In this document: positions 10,610 to 22,744 of the stretch, piece by piece
How the letters are laid out: each line of letters starts with the position of its first letter
Position numbering within the stretch: position 1 is the first letter of the stretch
Assembly: GCA_035084275.1 (NCBI GenBank)
Contig: CM068769.1
Location: 496,001-536,109, forward strand
Direction: 5' to 3'
DNA: 40,109 nt
Origin: Hydrolagus colliei
Taxonomy: Eukaryota
The notes under the pieces: model-generated
Databases searched by the model: none
What the model was told of the DNA's origin: nothing
The model's input: the letters and a program-made list of their open reading frames with translations, nothing else
Position numbers and translations under genes: made by a program

Positions 10610-11335
10610 ATCTCAGGGATCGTCCGGGCGGGCGGCGAGGACAGGGAGTGGTTGCTGGATGATTGTTGGATGATTGTTGGTTATTGTTTGTTGCTGTTTT
10701 TGTTGTTAATATTATTGCTTTTGTTGTTTATTATTGTTTATTATTGTTGTTTGATTCCCCCCACCCCTGCCCCCATCCTCTTCTTCCCTCACTCCCTTTC
10801 CCCACTTTCTCTCCTCCCTTCTCCCCTTCCCTCCCTCTTCCCTCTTCCTGATCTTGCCCCCACCCATCTTTCCCTCCCTCTTTTCCTTGCCCCCCTTTCT
10901 CCCCCTCTTCCTCCCTAACCCTAACCTATCGCACCTTTCCCTCCCTCTCCCCCCTTACCCTCTTTTCCCCCTTTCTCCCCTGGCCCCATTTTCGCGATTG
11001 TTTGTGGGGACACTGCTGTGCGCCATTTGGCTGCCGCGTTTCGCCCACAAGTATACAGTCGACTTTCCTGCCTTTCTTCCCACTGCCTCGACCCCTCCCC
11101 TTTTGCTTCTTTACCCCCTTTTGCCCCTAGTCCCACTTCCGTGACTGATTGTGGGACACTGCTGTGCGCAATTTGGCTGCCGCGTTTCGACCACTAATAT
11201 ACAGTTACTTTTCCTACTATTCTTCATCCTGCCCTGATCCCTCCCACCCTGCTCTTGTCCTACCTGACTGTACAGCGCCTTGGGATGTCCTCTCGACGTG
11301 AAAGGCGCTATATAAATGTAAGTTTTGTTGTTGTT
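10610..11335 (+). mobile_element. Non-autonomous L2-tailed element nested in the CR1
   Basis: Splits CR1 sequence ctatctagcc|atattgcctccc; two Deu-like cores (about 11020-11060, 11148-11200); ends gcgccttgggatgtcc...ggcgctatataaatgtaagttttgttgttgtt. Confidence 0.75.
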
Positions 11336-13966
11336 ATATTGCCTCCCTTCATTTCTTCTCTCAAAATGCATCACCTCATACTTCTCTGCATTAAACTTCA
11401 TCTGCCATGTGTCTGCCCACTTTACCAATTTGTCTATATCCTCTTGCAGATGGCTACTATGCTCCTCACTATTTACTATTCTCCCTAACTTAGTGTCATC
11501 TGCAAACTTGGAAACTGTACTCCGTACACCCAAGTCCAGATCATTGATGTAGATTACAAACAGCAATGGTCCCAAAACTGATCCCTGTTGCACACCACTG
11601 CTCACTTCCCTCCAGTCTGAAAAACAGCCGCTCATGACAACTCTCTGCTTTCTGTCTCGCAGCCAGTTGTGGATCCACGCTGCCACTGTCCCTTTTACGC
11701 CATGGGCCTTTAATTTCCTGATAGGTCTCTCATGTGGCACTTGTCAAATGCCTTTTGAAAGTCCATGTAAACTACATCAACTGCGCTACCATTATCCACC
11801 CATTCCATTACCTCATCAAAAAATTATATCAGATTTGTAAGGCAAGATTTGCCTTTAACAAATCCATGTTGACTGTCCTTTATTAGCCTATATCTTTTTA
11901 AGTGAAGATCTACCTTGTCCCTGATTATGGACTCTAGAATTTTGCCCACTACCGACGTTAGACTGACTGGTCTGTAGTTACCAGGCTTGTCCTTCTGCCC
12001 CTTTTTATACAAGGGAGTAACATTAGGTATCCTCCAGTCCTCTGGCACGAGCCCAGTGTCCAAGGAAGATTGAAAGATCGTGGCCAGAGTCCCTGCTATT
12101 TGCTCCCGTGCCTCCCTTAGTAACCTAGGGTGCATCCCATCCGGACCAGGTGACTTATCCACCTTGAGCGACGTCAACCTTTTTAGAACTTCCTCTCTGG
12201 TTATAATTATTCTATCCATTTCTCCTATCCTCTCCACCAATACCATGGCATTGGCTGTATCCTTTTCTTTTGTGAAGACAGAAGCGAAGTACTCATTCAG
12301 TACATCAGCCATGCCCTCTGCCTCCACAATGAGATTTCCTCCTAGGTCCCTAATTGGCCCCACCCTATCCTTGACCAACCTTTTACTCTTAATATGTTGG
12401 TAAAAATCCTTAGGGTTCCCCTCAATCTTACTCGCTAATTGTTTTTCATGCAGTCTGTTTGCCCCTCTAACTTCCTTTTTTAGTTCTATCCTACACTTCC
12501 TATATTCTGCTTGGCTCCCTTCCGAATTTTGAGCCTGACACTTTTCATAAGCCTCTTTTTTGTTGTTTTATTTTGGCCCCGATTTCCGTAGTCATCCAGG
12601 GAGGTTTGGATGCCTTACATTTCACCTTTATGGGGATGCTTTTGACCTGTGCCTGAACTATCTCCTCTTTGAACGCTGCCCACTGCTCGTTAGTTGTCTT
12701 TCCTGCCAATATTCTTTCCAATCCACCTTGGCTAGGTCTCACCTCAACTCATTAAAATTAGCCCTTTTCCAGTTGAGTGTCCTCACCTGTGATCGTTCTT
12801 TATCCCTTTCCATAATTGTTCTGAATCTAACGATATTGTGGTCACTATTCCCTAGATGCCACAGAAACCTGTTGAACTTGCCCTACCTCATTTCCGAAAA
12901 CTAGATCCAGCAAGGCTTCTTTCCTCGTTGGACTAGAAACATACTGATCAAGAAAGTTGTCCTGCACACACTTCAGGAATTCTTCTCCCTCCTTGCCCTT
13001 TACTCTACTGTTCTGCCAGTCTATGTTGGGTTAGTTGAAGTCACCCATTATCACTACTCTATTAGCTCTGCATTTCTCCGTGATATGCTTGCAGATCTGC
13101 TTGTCTATCTCCTCCCCACTATTTGGTGGTCTATAGTATACTCCTAACAGTGTAACTGCACCTTTTTTATTCCTCATTTCTAACAAGATATATTCGGTTT
13201 TTAGTCCTTCTTCCACCTCGTTCCTTTCTAAGGCAGTCACTGAGTCCTTAACTAAAATTGCCTCCCCGCCCGCTTTTCTCCCTTCTCTATCCTTCCTGAA
13301 TACATTATAACCAGGAATGTTCAACTCCCATTCCTACCCATGCTGGAGCCAAGTCTCTGTTACTGCTATAACATCATATCGCCTCGCAGCAACCTGAGCC
13401 TGCAGGTCACCAATTTTATTTCTCAAACTTCGTGCATTTACATACATGCACTCTAAAGCACAAATTACTTCCTCTGCACTTTTCTCCCGTCTTACCCTTA
13501 CCCCTGTCCTCTTTGTTCCCCTCCCGTATCTGAACAACTAATCAGTTTCCCACCCTCACCCCCAGGGATTAGTTTAAAGCCCCCCCAACAAAACTCGACA
13601 ACCTCACTGCAAAGAGATTGGTTCCAGCCCTGTTCAGGTGTAACCCATCCATTTTGTACAGGTACCACCTACCCCAGAATTGGTCTTGGTGGAGTGTCAG
13701 GCTCTAGGATGAAACTATCTAAGAAGCTCTCCCCATCCCTGATGCACCGCAATGTCTCCACCTGATACTCCAGCTCAGCTATTCTAAGCTGGAGCTTCCT
13801 CAGGTGCAGACATTTGCTGCAGATGAAGTCACCTTGGCTCTGGTTGCCCTCCATCAACTCCCACGTCCCGCATTCCTCGCACATCACATGCCAGGCCATT
13901 ATCTCGATTTACTTCCCTGGGATATATATAATCTGCACCTACTTCCTCCTCTGCACCTAATTCCCA

Positions 13967-14083
13967 CTCTCACCCAATTCCTTCTCACTCTGTCCTCGCC
14001 TCACTCTCTCACCCAATTCCTTCTCACTCTGTCCTCGCCTCACTCTCTCACCCAATTCCTTCTCACTCTGTCCTCGCCTCACT
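13967..14083. repeat. 39-bp tandem repeat x3 in the CR1 5' region
   Basis: Unit ctctcacccaattccttctcactctgtcctcgcctcact. Confidence 0.9.
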
Positions 14084-15220
14084 CCGTCCGTAGCTCGCTC
14101 TGGCTCTCTGCTCGATGAGTTGATTTAGGAAACATGCAAGTTGGTTTTCAGTTAACCAAGTAACCATTGAATGCCGGATAAGTCGTACAACATTAATATT
14201 AATATTCCGCTCACACCAACACTCTCCTCCACAACAACACCTTCCATACTGACTGATTCGCCGGAGCAAATCTCCGCCTCCCATGCCCTCCCATTCCGTG
14301 TTTCTCCCACGAATCCCCCCACCCCCACATAACTCTCCTCTCTCCATAGCTCTCGCCTCACCACATAACTACCACACTTCTAATAGCGCACCCACCACCC
14401 ACACTCTCCCCACCCCCCCCCCCCCTCTACACACTCCTCAATCTCGCAAAGAGGTTCAAACAATGAATCTGTTGCACCATTGAAGACTCAAATTTGCTCT
14501 CCGCCAAAAGGACGGAAAAGAAACTCAAGTTGTTTTATTTGTTCTTGTCGTTAAAGGCGCAATATATCACAACCTATTTTGCTGTGAAGTAACTTAACTG
14601 TGTAGACATTGGGGAGCGTGACAGCCAGATGGCACTGTTCAAGTGCGGATGGGTTCCAGATATTCTTGTGAATGGAACCAACCACTAGAACACAGTACAC
14701 TTCTTGCAGCATCCTTCACTATGTAAAGTAGTCCAGCGGCGCTGGGCCATGAGGGATTTTGGATTCCAGGCAAAAGTTGGCGTCTCAGTTGGGGTGGAGT
14801 GCTGGGGTGGAGCGGATGGAATGGTGACTAACTCCACCGTCAAGGAGTAGAATTATAACATGATAATCTCATTTTTCTGGAAAATTTCACATCGGGCAGA
14901 GTTCACAGTTTGCTGGACAGCTAGTGTTTCGCACCAGAGTTTGGGCTCGGAAGCGGAAAGGTTGAATGGCAGTGGGAGTTGGAGGTTGACGAGAAGCACA
15001 GTCGATATAGACTGACTGGAGATGGGTCTTGAGGGAAGTGGAAGAGAGAGAGGTCGAGACAAACGGACAGCAATATAGAGCTCCATGGAGTGGGGTCGAA
15101 GAATCAGCCGACCGTCAATGATTTCTTTAGTTTATTGGATCATTTAATCGATTCCCCGCGAGGCCTCCAGGCCTGACCAAGATTCCGCACACTTTCCAAC
15201 AAGATGTACAAAATGAAAGC

Positions 15221-15574
15221 AGTTTCTGTTCGAGCCCTGCAGTGTAATCAACCACTGTGGTGAGACTGAAGGCACAGTGATATACTGCGCTCTCAGATAC
15301 CAGCAGCTCAGAGATGGAAAATCTGGTGAAAGAACTAGATTCCTGCAGCTGAGCAGCGAAACGTTTTCCAAATCCTGTTCGTTTCACTAGATCGCCATCA
15401 CCAGAATATATCTCCGGACTGTAAACTCTGGATGTTTGTCTGGGTAATGTCTGCACCAGAAGAGATAGTAATTGCTTGCAGTAGTGGTGTAGGTACACAC
15501 AAGATAGGCAGCTTCTCCTTCTTTCGTAACCGCCGTGGCAGCTTTCTGACTGACATAATCAGCGTCACAGAATT
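15221..15574 (-). pseudogene. TCR alpha/delta V pseudogene (exon 15260-15574) with intact 23-RSS (15221-15259)
   Basis: EFCDADYVSQK...YLVCTYTTTASNYYLFWCRHYPDKHPEFTVRR / YSGDGDLVKRTGFGKRF...SESAVYHCAFSL; apparent 2-nt TA slippage near 15405-15410; RSS CACAGTG-23-ACAGAAACT. Confidence 0.9.
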
Positions 15575-16015
15575 CTGGAATAAACCAGGAAAAGCACGGC
15601 GAAATATTATTCACCAAATTCACAGTTTTTTAGCAGCAGTTGAACAAGAGTTGGCAATGCGTTTTACACAGCGTGTTACAGCATTGTTGAGACTCATTAA
15701 TGCGTTGTCCGGAATATGCAATCAAGTGATAAACTGTAGATTTTGTCGCCAGAACATGTCAGCCAGTTTTGCACATCAATGCTTCACAAAGACTTATGGG
15801 ATGAGTTACTGAACTATTATTGAAACATACATAAGGCATCATTAGCTTCGGAAAATTTATCTGCCTGTCTAGTAAACAAAGGTTAAAATCGAGAAACACA
15901 ACCTCCACAACCTCGCACCAACCCTACATATGTTACCTCCTATCCCCTTACTAACCTGAACTCCCCCTCAATCCGCTCAGCAGACTCTGGCCTGCTCCAA
16001 CTACTCCAACCAAGG

Positions 16016-16320
16016 GACTGTTTCCCCTGGTAGGAGAATCTATAACCAGGGGTCAGTGTCTTAGAATTTAGCGTCAGCCTTTTAGAACAGATTTGAGGAA
16101 ACATTTCTTCACTTAGAGGTTAGTGAATTGATGGAAGGCTGTAGATGCTGAGTCCTTGAACATTTGCAAGGCTGAGACTGATAGATGTTTGAAAAATAGA
16201 GGGATTGGGGGAAATAGGGATAGGGCAGTTAATCAGAGTTAGGGGAGAAGATCAGCCATGATCTTATTGAATGACAGAGTAGGCTCGAGGTGCTGAATGG
16301 CCTACTCCTGCTCCGATTGG
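16016..16320 (+). mobile_element. Older CR1-type 3' fragment (followed by an L2 3' fragment to about 16600)
   Basis: LFPLVGESITRGQ-like frame and 3' UTR ...gatcagccatgatcttattgaatg...ggctcgagg..gaatggcctactcctgctcc. Confidence 0.75.
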
Positions 16321-17023
16321 TTGTGTTCTTATGTTCAAACCTATCCGCACTACCGTTGACGGCCGAATCTTCAGCCGCTTTGCCCCCAAAATCTGGAACT
16401 CTGTCCTGCAGTCCTCCACGTCGCCCACGCTCCGGCCTCCTTGAAGTCTAGCCTCAAGACTCTCCACTTCGACAGCAACTGATCAGCCTCCCCTTCCAGC
16501 CCAACTCCCAGTCCTCAACATGGGTTTGAAACTGTAACTGTCCAGCGCCTTGAGACACCCTGCTGATGGTAAAGGAGCTATAAAAGTGCAATTTTGGTAT
16601 GGTTGCTGTTGTTTGTTGCACAGTTTCTATAATGCGGGATAGACGGCTGTTTCGTTGTGGAAGACGGTTGAGCTAGAGGTGAAGCTTTGGAGGGGTCTGC
16701 AGCACACTACTGCAAGTCTTGCTTGTTACACTATTGACTATTGGTCCAACGAAATAATAAATGGAAAGAAACATGGTATTTGCAAACTGATATGAGTGAA
16801 TTGCATCTGGATGTGTAGCGCTCAACTCGTTCACTAATTGCTGTCTGCGTTTATTGAACGTATAATGATGTGAGGGTTTAGCTGACAAGCTGATGGGAGG
16901 GGAATGTGGTTTCTTATGAGACTGTCTGATGAAGTGTCTGCTCCCCGCTGGGCCTCAAACACTGACCAAGATTCCGCACACGCTTCAAACACACGGATCG
17001 TCCCCTATGTATAAAATGAAGAC

Positions 17024-17372
17024 AGTTTTTGGACGAGCTCTGCAGTGTAGTCAACCACAGTGGTGCGTCTAAAGGCACAGTAATACACTGCGCTGTCAGA
17101 TACCAGCAGCTCAGAGATGGATAACCTGATGGAAGAACTAGATTTCTGTAGGTGCGCAGAGAAACGGTTTCCAAATCCAGTGCCTTTGACTGGATCATTA
17201 GTCCAAGATTTACTCAGGACTATAAACTCGGGGTGTTTGTCTGGGTACTGTCTGTACCAGTAGAGAAGGTAACTGCTAGCAGTCGTGGAGTGTGTGGAAA
17301 CCAAATCGACAATATCTCTTTCTTGCTTAATCTCGGTAGCTTTCTGGTTGACAGGATCGGCGTCACAGAGTT
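17024..17372 (-). pseudogene. TCR alpha/delta V (exon 17063-17372), open frame but first Cys replaced by Ser; RSS 17024-17062
   Basis: ELCDADPVNQK...VDLVSTHSTTASSYLLYWYRQYPDKHPEF...SDSAVYYCAFRR; TCC where the paralog has TGT; RSS CACTGTG-23-CCAAAAACT. Confidence 0.82.
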
Positions 17373-17405
17373 CTGCAATAAAGCAAGGAAATAACAGCTA
17401 AACAT

Positions 17406-17645
17406 TCATAGAATCATAGAATCTTATGGCACAATCGAGTCTGTGCCGGCTCTTTGAAGTGAGCAATTCTTCAATCCCCAGCTCTCTCTCCCGATAACTG
17501 TACAAAACTGTCCTCCACAAATAAACGTCTTCATCTTTTATAATATATGCATCAGCCTCTCCCACCGTTTCAGGCAATGCATTCAAGATCCCAACAACGG
17601 GATGAATGAAAAAACGTTTCCTCAACTTCCCTCTAATTCTTTAGA
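17406..17645 (-). mobile_element. CR1 3' fragment in the leader intron
   Basis: catagaatcatagaat tail and RFFIHPVVGILNALPETVGEAD frame. Confidence 0.8.
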
Positions 17646-17774
17646 AACTATTAGAGCATCTCGATTGCGGAATGATTTCTCTGTCCACTCAGCTACAGGT
17701 CTCCCTCCAACAATTGTTGTGGAAATGGGGCTGACAATCAGCAGCGACACTGAATTAGCTCAAGACGACCTCAC

Positions 17775-17820
17775 CTGCTGTAAAGGGTTCCAGCACTAGA
17801 CAGAAAAGAAACAGCCTCTT
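17775..17820 (-). pseudogene. Possible leader exon of the V at 17063 with start codon ATG mutated to AAG
   Basis: AAG AGG CTG TTT CTT TTC TGT CTA GTG CTG GAA CCC TTT ACA GCA G|GTGAGG = (K)RLFLFCLVLEPFTA, phase 1; TGACATCA 32 nt upstream. Confidence 0.45.
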
Positions 17821-18129
17821 TGCTGCTTCTCAGCCTTTGCTGTTGTGCCTGTGACATCAGTTTGCTGGGAACCAACCGCAATATTCGTCACTGGCAGATC
17901 CCACAGTCGCACGTCACCTGATTGACATGTCACACTTGCTTCTACAATGGGATCCGATTGGTTTAACACAGCGCAATGAGCAATTGACTGTGTGTATGGC
18001 TGTGGGGGTGGGCGGTGGAGAATTGTGGGGTGGGTGGAGGGCAGGGAATCCTCATACACAGCTCCTGTTATCTCTATTATTAAAACGCAGCATATGGGAT
18101 GGTCATAGTAAAAATACAACAGCGAAAAC

Positions 18130-18560
18130 CTAACTTTATATACCGCTCTCTAATGCAGGATGGCATCTCAGAGCTCTTCTCAATGACAGATCCGAGGCCC
18201 GTGCGAGGGACTGGAGGAGAAAAGTAACCAAATGCTCGGTCAAAACAAACATCTTCATCTGATTCCCAAAATTAGGAAGAGAGGGGGCGAGGTGAAGCGG
18301 TTCCTGAGACTCGGGGCGAAGTGGCTGACGGCACGGCCGCCGATGGTGGAGCGGATGATTTAGGGGACAAGGAGTAGGCCAGAAACGTAGGACTCAAGGC
18401 AACAGTTGCTGTGTTGGGGAGAGAGGTAGGTCAGAGAGGCAGGGGAGGTGGATGCAGAGGAGTGTAGAGACTTGAAAACTAGAGTGACGATCTTGAAATC
18501 GATCCTCTCCGAGCCAGAGAGCCAGTGAAGTCTGGAAAGTACTGGGGTAATCTAAAGGAA
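18130..18560 (-). mobile_element. L2 LINE 3' fragment
   Basis: Reverse complement of PYCP.RTLRS / GGRAVSHFAP region and tail. Confidence 0.7.
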
Positions 18561-18887
18561 ATGCAAGAATTATTATTTTTACTATTATTACTATTATCAT
18601 TATTACAATTATTAATCCCACACACAAGTGCCGTTTGTGTTGACGATCGAGATAATGCAGGGAGACTGGAGAGGGGCTGGCCAAAACAGAATGTTGGGTA
18701 TATTTCTGACTTCCACTTCAACTTTCGCAAAGCAGTGTCTCACAAACAGTCCTTGAATCTGTGACCTAATTAATAATTCGCTTCTCTACATATTGGCTTT
18801 TTTTTACACTTTAGTTCACCTAATTTTGAATGTAATATTACCACCGCCACCGGAATGTGCTCTGCCAATCGACTAACCAATGTTGAG

Positions 18888-19170
18888 CATGTAGCTCAAT
18901 GGTAAGAGCATTAGCTTTACAAGTGAGAGACGTGGGTTCTTTTCAGGCTGGGCAAAAGCATGCGCAGGATACATTATTGTACACACCTGAAAAAAACTCC
19001 GTTTAAAAAAATGATCATTTCAATCCATGACTGTTTGGGGGACACTGCTTTGTGAAATGAGCTACAGAATTTCGCCCACAAATATACAGTCACTTAACAG
19101 TCTATACTGTGAAGTGCTTTGTGATAACTGGATGTCGTGAAAAGCGCTACAAAAAACGCAAGAATTACTG
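18888..19170 (+). mobile_element. tRNA-headed DeuSINE-like SINE, near full length
   Basis: Head gtagctcaatggtaagagcattagc...gtgggttc, core gactgtttgggggacactgc...ttcgcccacaaatatacagtc, tail tgtgaagtgcttt...gtgaaaagcgctac. Confidence 0.75.
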
Positions 19171-19539
19171 TTATTTTCATTGTTAAATTTGTTACTCCTT
19201 GGTGCTAGTTAAACAGAGGTTTCTGCAGGAATTATACTGACTCGTGGTTTGACCCACCCAGGAACCGTATCCAGCTCTGCTCGCTTTCGAGGCTTGTGTT
19301 GTTACTATTTAGCTATAGAACTCCACGGTATTTGCTGTACAACGCAGTAACGAGGCTTCATATTGATGTGAATGTTGCTATAAATGTTTGTTGTATTGTA
19401 TTATTAGATAGCGCCATCTAGCTTCATTTCAGGCAAGTGTCAGTTGATGGGTTTTGTGATGATGATTTGATTAAGATTTACCCATATATCCACTGGGATA
19501 ATTAGTACATCATCAATATTCTTCTCGACAGCTCCCTGT

Positions 19540-20220
19540 TGAACAAGTCCTTGCAAAAGCTTTCCACCACTTCGAGGTACTTACATCTATATCTCCCATC
19601 ACACGACATCCACGACCGCCACCCCCCACCACCCTCGCACCCGCAACACTCCCCCCACCGCCCACCAAGAGAAGCACCCATCTCCCCAGCTCATACCCTA
19701 ACTCACTCCCTCTACAAACCCTCCACTACTACTTACCATCAGTGGACACTGGACAGGCTTTCAGTCTCTCTCCTACCGCTCTCTTGAATTACATCCCAGA
19801 GTCATTTCGCTACCCTTTCTCGCTTGACAAACTACGGCCGGTCTCAACACGGTCCTCTTCGATCTTGCCTGCTGCTGCGCTCCCAACTCCCTCCCATCCT
19901 ACTCGAACTTTCTTCCCTACCCTTCCAAATCTCTCCCCTCCCTTTCCAACTCTCTGCCCCTCTCCTGCCAAATCTAGACTTTTCCTCTCCCAACTCTCTA
20001 CCCTTCCATTCCCAACAATCGCCGTCGATGCCAACACTCTACCTCCCGCACAAATCTCTCCCTCTCCTCCCAACACTCTCCCCATCTTCCACAATCTCTC
20101 TTTCCCCTTCCAACTCACTCCCTTCCCTGCCGGCTGTCCACCACCGCATTTGGATGTACTCCCATCGTCAAATGCGCTATATCAATTTAATTTTGTCGTT
20201 GCTTTATTCTAATAACAACA
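19540..20220 (+). mobile_element. Decayed L2-like fragment ending in an L2/SINE tail
   Basis: Pyrimidine-rich, similar in character to 7500-8440; ends cgtcaaatgcgctatatcaatttaattttgtcgttg. Confidence 0.55.
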
Positions 20221-21636
20221 GCAGTGCATGACAATGATAATATCACGTATTTCATATGATCCACAATATAATATACTTGTGATTCACTATATTTTGTCTG
20301 GAAATGCGGCAACGAACAGACTACAGCTGTGTTCCACAAGTAGTATTGGATATGGTGACTAACACTTTTGTAAGGGAATGACAATCTTGCATTTGATATC
20401 ATGCTTTTCAGGTCTAATCGACGTCTCAAAGCGCTTCACAGAATATAGAGTCAGGTGAATTGACGACATATTTGTGGGCGAAACGCGGCAGCCAATTGTG
20501 CACAATAGTGTCGCACAATTAGTCGTGGGTTGAAATGACTAATTTAATTATTGTGGTTGTTAACAAGTTATTAAGTCTCCCTGAAAAGAAATGCACAGTT
20601 TGACTACCAACAGGCGGCCAATTTATTCCTTGTTAAACAGAGTAATTTGGAAGATGGAAACATGCCGAAAGTTTCTCCTTGACGGTTATCAAAATAGGTG
20701 TCCTCTCTACGGAATCTTTGTTCCACAAATATACAGTCAATTCGCTTGATGGTGTGTAATATGTGAAGTGATTCAAGACGTCGGTAAGATGTGAAACGCG
20801 CTACATCAAATGAAAGGATTATTCTTACATTATTATAACTTTGTCTCACATTCCATTCTACACAGATGGAGCTTGACGTGTTGAGTTCAAGCAATGTCAG
20901 TATTTGTTTCCGTTTAAATTAAGTTTCACTCACAAAACATTAAACTCAACAGAATATGTCGTTGTGTATAATCAACATCCATTGGGATCACTGGCTCGAA
21001 ATTATTTTGCCACAAGAGCAAAGCCATTGAGAAAGTGAGTCATCTCAATAAAGCTGCACATGATACAGTGTGATATCTAAAAGAGGGACATCTACAAGTG
21101 CTGGGCAAGATATAGTGTGATGTGTACTGACAGTTTCTGTCTGCCAACTCGCTGTTAACTCAATTTACATAATATTCGCTGACACACGTTGAGACGTCCA
21201 GCAACATCAACAACAAAATTACAGTCGTACGGCGTCTTTCACATGAGGAGAACGTCCCAAGACGCTGCCTAGTTACTGCTACGGACCCGAGCTGAGGAGA
21301 GGTGGGGATGTGGGGAGGTGGGGTGTTGTGGCGGAGGAGTTCCGATGGATCCATCGAAGAGGAGAGTCTTGGGGCGAGACTCGAGGAAGGCCAGGGAGAT
21401 ATGATAATGCGGCCATAACCAAAATTAAAGATGATTATTGCTAATCTTTCTTGCACTCTTCTCCTATGTATTCGATCACTTGTTCGCCTGTGGTTGGAAA
21501 TTTAGTCACGTGTTTCCTCTGAGAGACACAGCAACAAATGTAGGATACGTCAAATAGGTCAACCGTCAGCAATGACATCTTTGCTGTGATTAAACCCATT
21601 AACTCCCTTTGCAGGTTTATGTTCGGTGGTGCAGAG

Positions 21637-21675
21637 TGTTTTTGTACGAGTCTCAGGCTGGTTCGCATCACTGTG
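21637..21675 (-). other. 23-RSS
   Basis: CACAGTG-23-ACAAAAACA. Confidence 0.93.
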
Positions 21676-21983
21676 TGGACGGAGAGCACAGTAATACACA
21701 GCGCTGTCAGACAACTCCAGCTGGGAGATAGTTAAACTGCTGAGTTTTGTCGAGGTCTGGAGTTCCATAGAGAATCGTTTATCAATAAAATCTGCTCTGT
21801 ATGCACTCCCACTGGAATGCTTCATGAGTATATACTGCGGTTGATTTCCCAGCGGTTCTCGATACCATTGCAAATAATAGCTGCTGAGAGATGTGTCATA
21901 CTGACATTCCATGGTGACACTTCCTCCTTCTTTCTCGGTCACTGGAGCCGCCTTCTGTGTCACAGAGTCCCCTTGGGCCAGGC
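21676..21983 (-). CDS. TCR alpha/delta V exon, apparently functional
   Basis: GLAQGDSVTQKAAPVTEKEGGSVTMECQYDTSLSSYYLQWYREPLGNQPQYILMKHSSG...RFSMELQTSTKLSSLTISQLELSDSAVYYCALRP; all canonical residues; acceptor tttcag. Confidence 0.93.
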
Positions 21984-21994
21984 CTGAAATACAC

Positions 21995-22600
21995 AAACAC
22001 GCAGTCCTATAGATCAAGCGCTCGCTTCGCAAGCGAGAAGACCTGGGTTCGATTCCCGGGCAGGACACAATAAATCGTCAGGCAAGTTTCCTAACAAGCA
22101 TGCGTTTGTTTGCGTAGCATCAACTTGAAACCCAGTTGTTTGGCGATTGGCGGATTGGGTTTACCAAGGGTAATGATCCGTTTGAAAACACAGAAATTAT
22201 TTAGTCATTCAATCAAAGATTGTTTGTGCGACACTTCTGTGAGATCATGGCTTTCCCGTTTCTTCCACAGATTACATTACTCTTCACACAATATTCTGTG
22301 AAGTGATTGTATTATCTCTAACTGATGCTTGAGCCAATGCGTCGATTGTTAGTGATGTTATGAACCCTTTTGCAAGTTTTCTTAATCCACACGCCTACTA
22401 CTAATCCCTCAACAAATACACAGTAATCAAATTGGTCATTTCAATCCACGACTGTTTGTGGGACATTGCTTGCGCAATTGGCTGCCGCGTTTCGCCCACA
22501 TATATACAGTCAATTCAATTTGCAGTTTATTCTTCGAATCGCTTTGGGACGTTGATAAGATGTGAAAAGCGATTCATAAAATGCAAGGATTAGTATTATT
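21995..22600 (+). mobile_element. DeuSINE-like SINE sequence in the leader intron
   Basis: Head ctcgcttcgcaagcgagaagacctgggttcgattcccggg; core and tail at about 22430-22600. Confidence 0.7.
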
Positions 22601-22692
22601 AATAGTATTATCATAATGAAGAGTATACATACACGTAAACAAATCAACGGTTTTGAAAATTGATTAAAATGACCACTGTTACACTATATTAC

Positions 22693-22744
22693 CTATTAAA
22701 ATGGCAACCAGAGGCAGACGCCCATTGAATCTCCATATTGGCAT
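22693..22744 (-). CDS. Probable leader exon of the V at 21676
   Basis: MPIWRFNGRLPLVAILI G|GTAAT, 52 nt, phase 1, in frame with GLAQG^DSVTQ; TGACCTCA and TGACGT motifs 90-115 nt upstream. Confidence 0.62.

Larger units (their letters stand above)
9860..14115 (-). mobile_element. CR1 LINE, near full length but rearranged (ORF1 remnant, endonuclease, RT, 3' tail), interrupted at 10610-11335
   Basis: ORF pieces 13669-13899 (CxxC..CxxC, coiled coil), 13031-13537 (CMYVNARSL, AVTETWL, GVYYRPP, MGDFN), 11111-12742 and 9942-10583 (RT, same family as 2591-4878), with stops and frameshifts. Confidence 0.93.

Noticed and set aside
18888-18960. tRNA genes (also about 22000-22070, 36196-36260, 38440-38510)
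   Set aside because: A/B-box-like heads continue directly into SINE body and lack a complete acceptor stem; these are SINE heads.
19218-19351. RSS-like pieces (ggtttctgc...actcgtg; cacggtatttgctgtacaac) resembling the NAR D flanks
   Set aside because: Spacing is off, no nonamer follows the second heptamer, and the two are about 80 nt apart, too far for a D.
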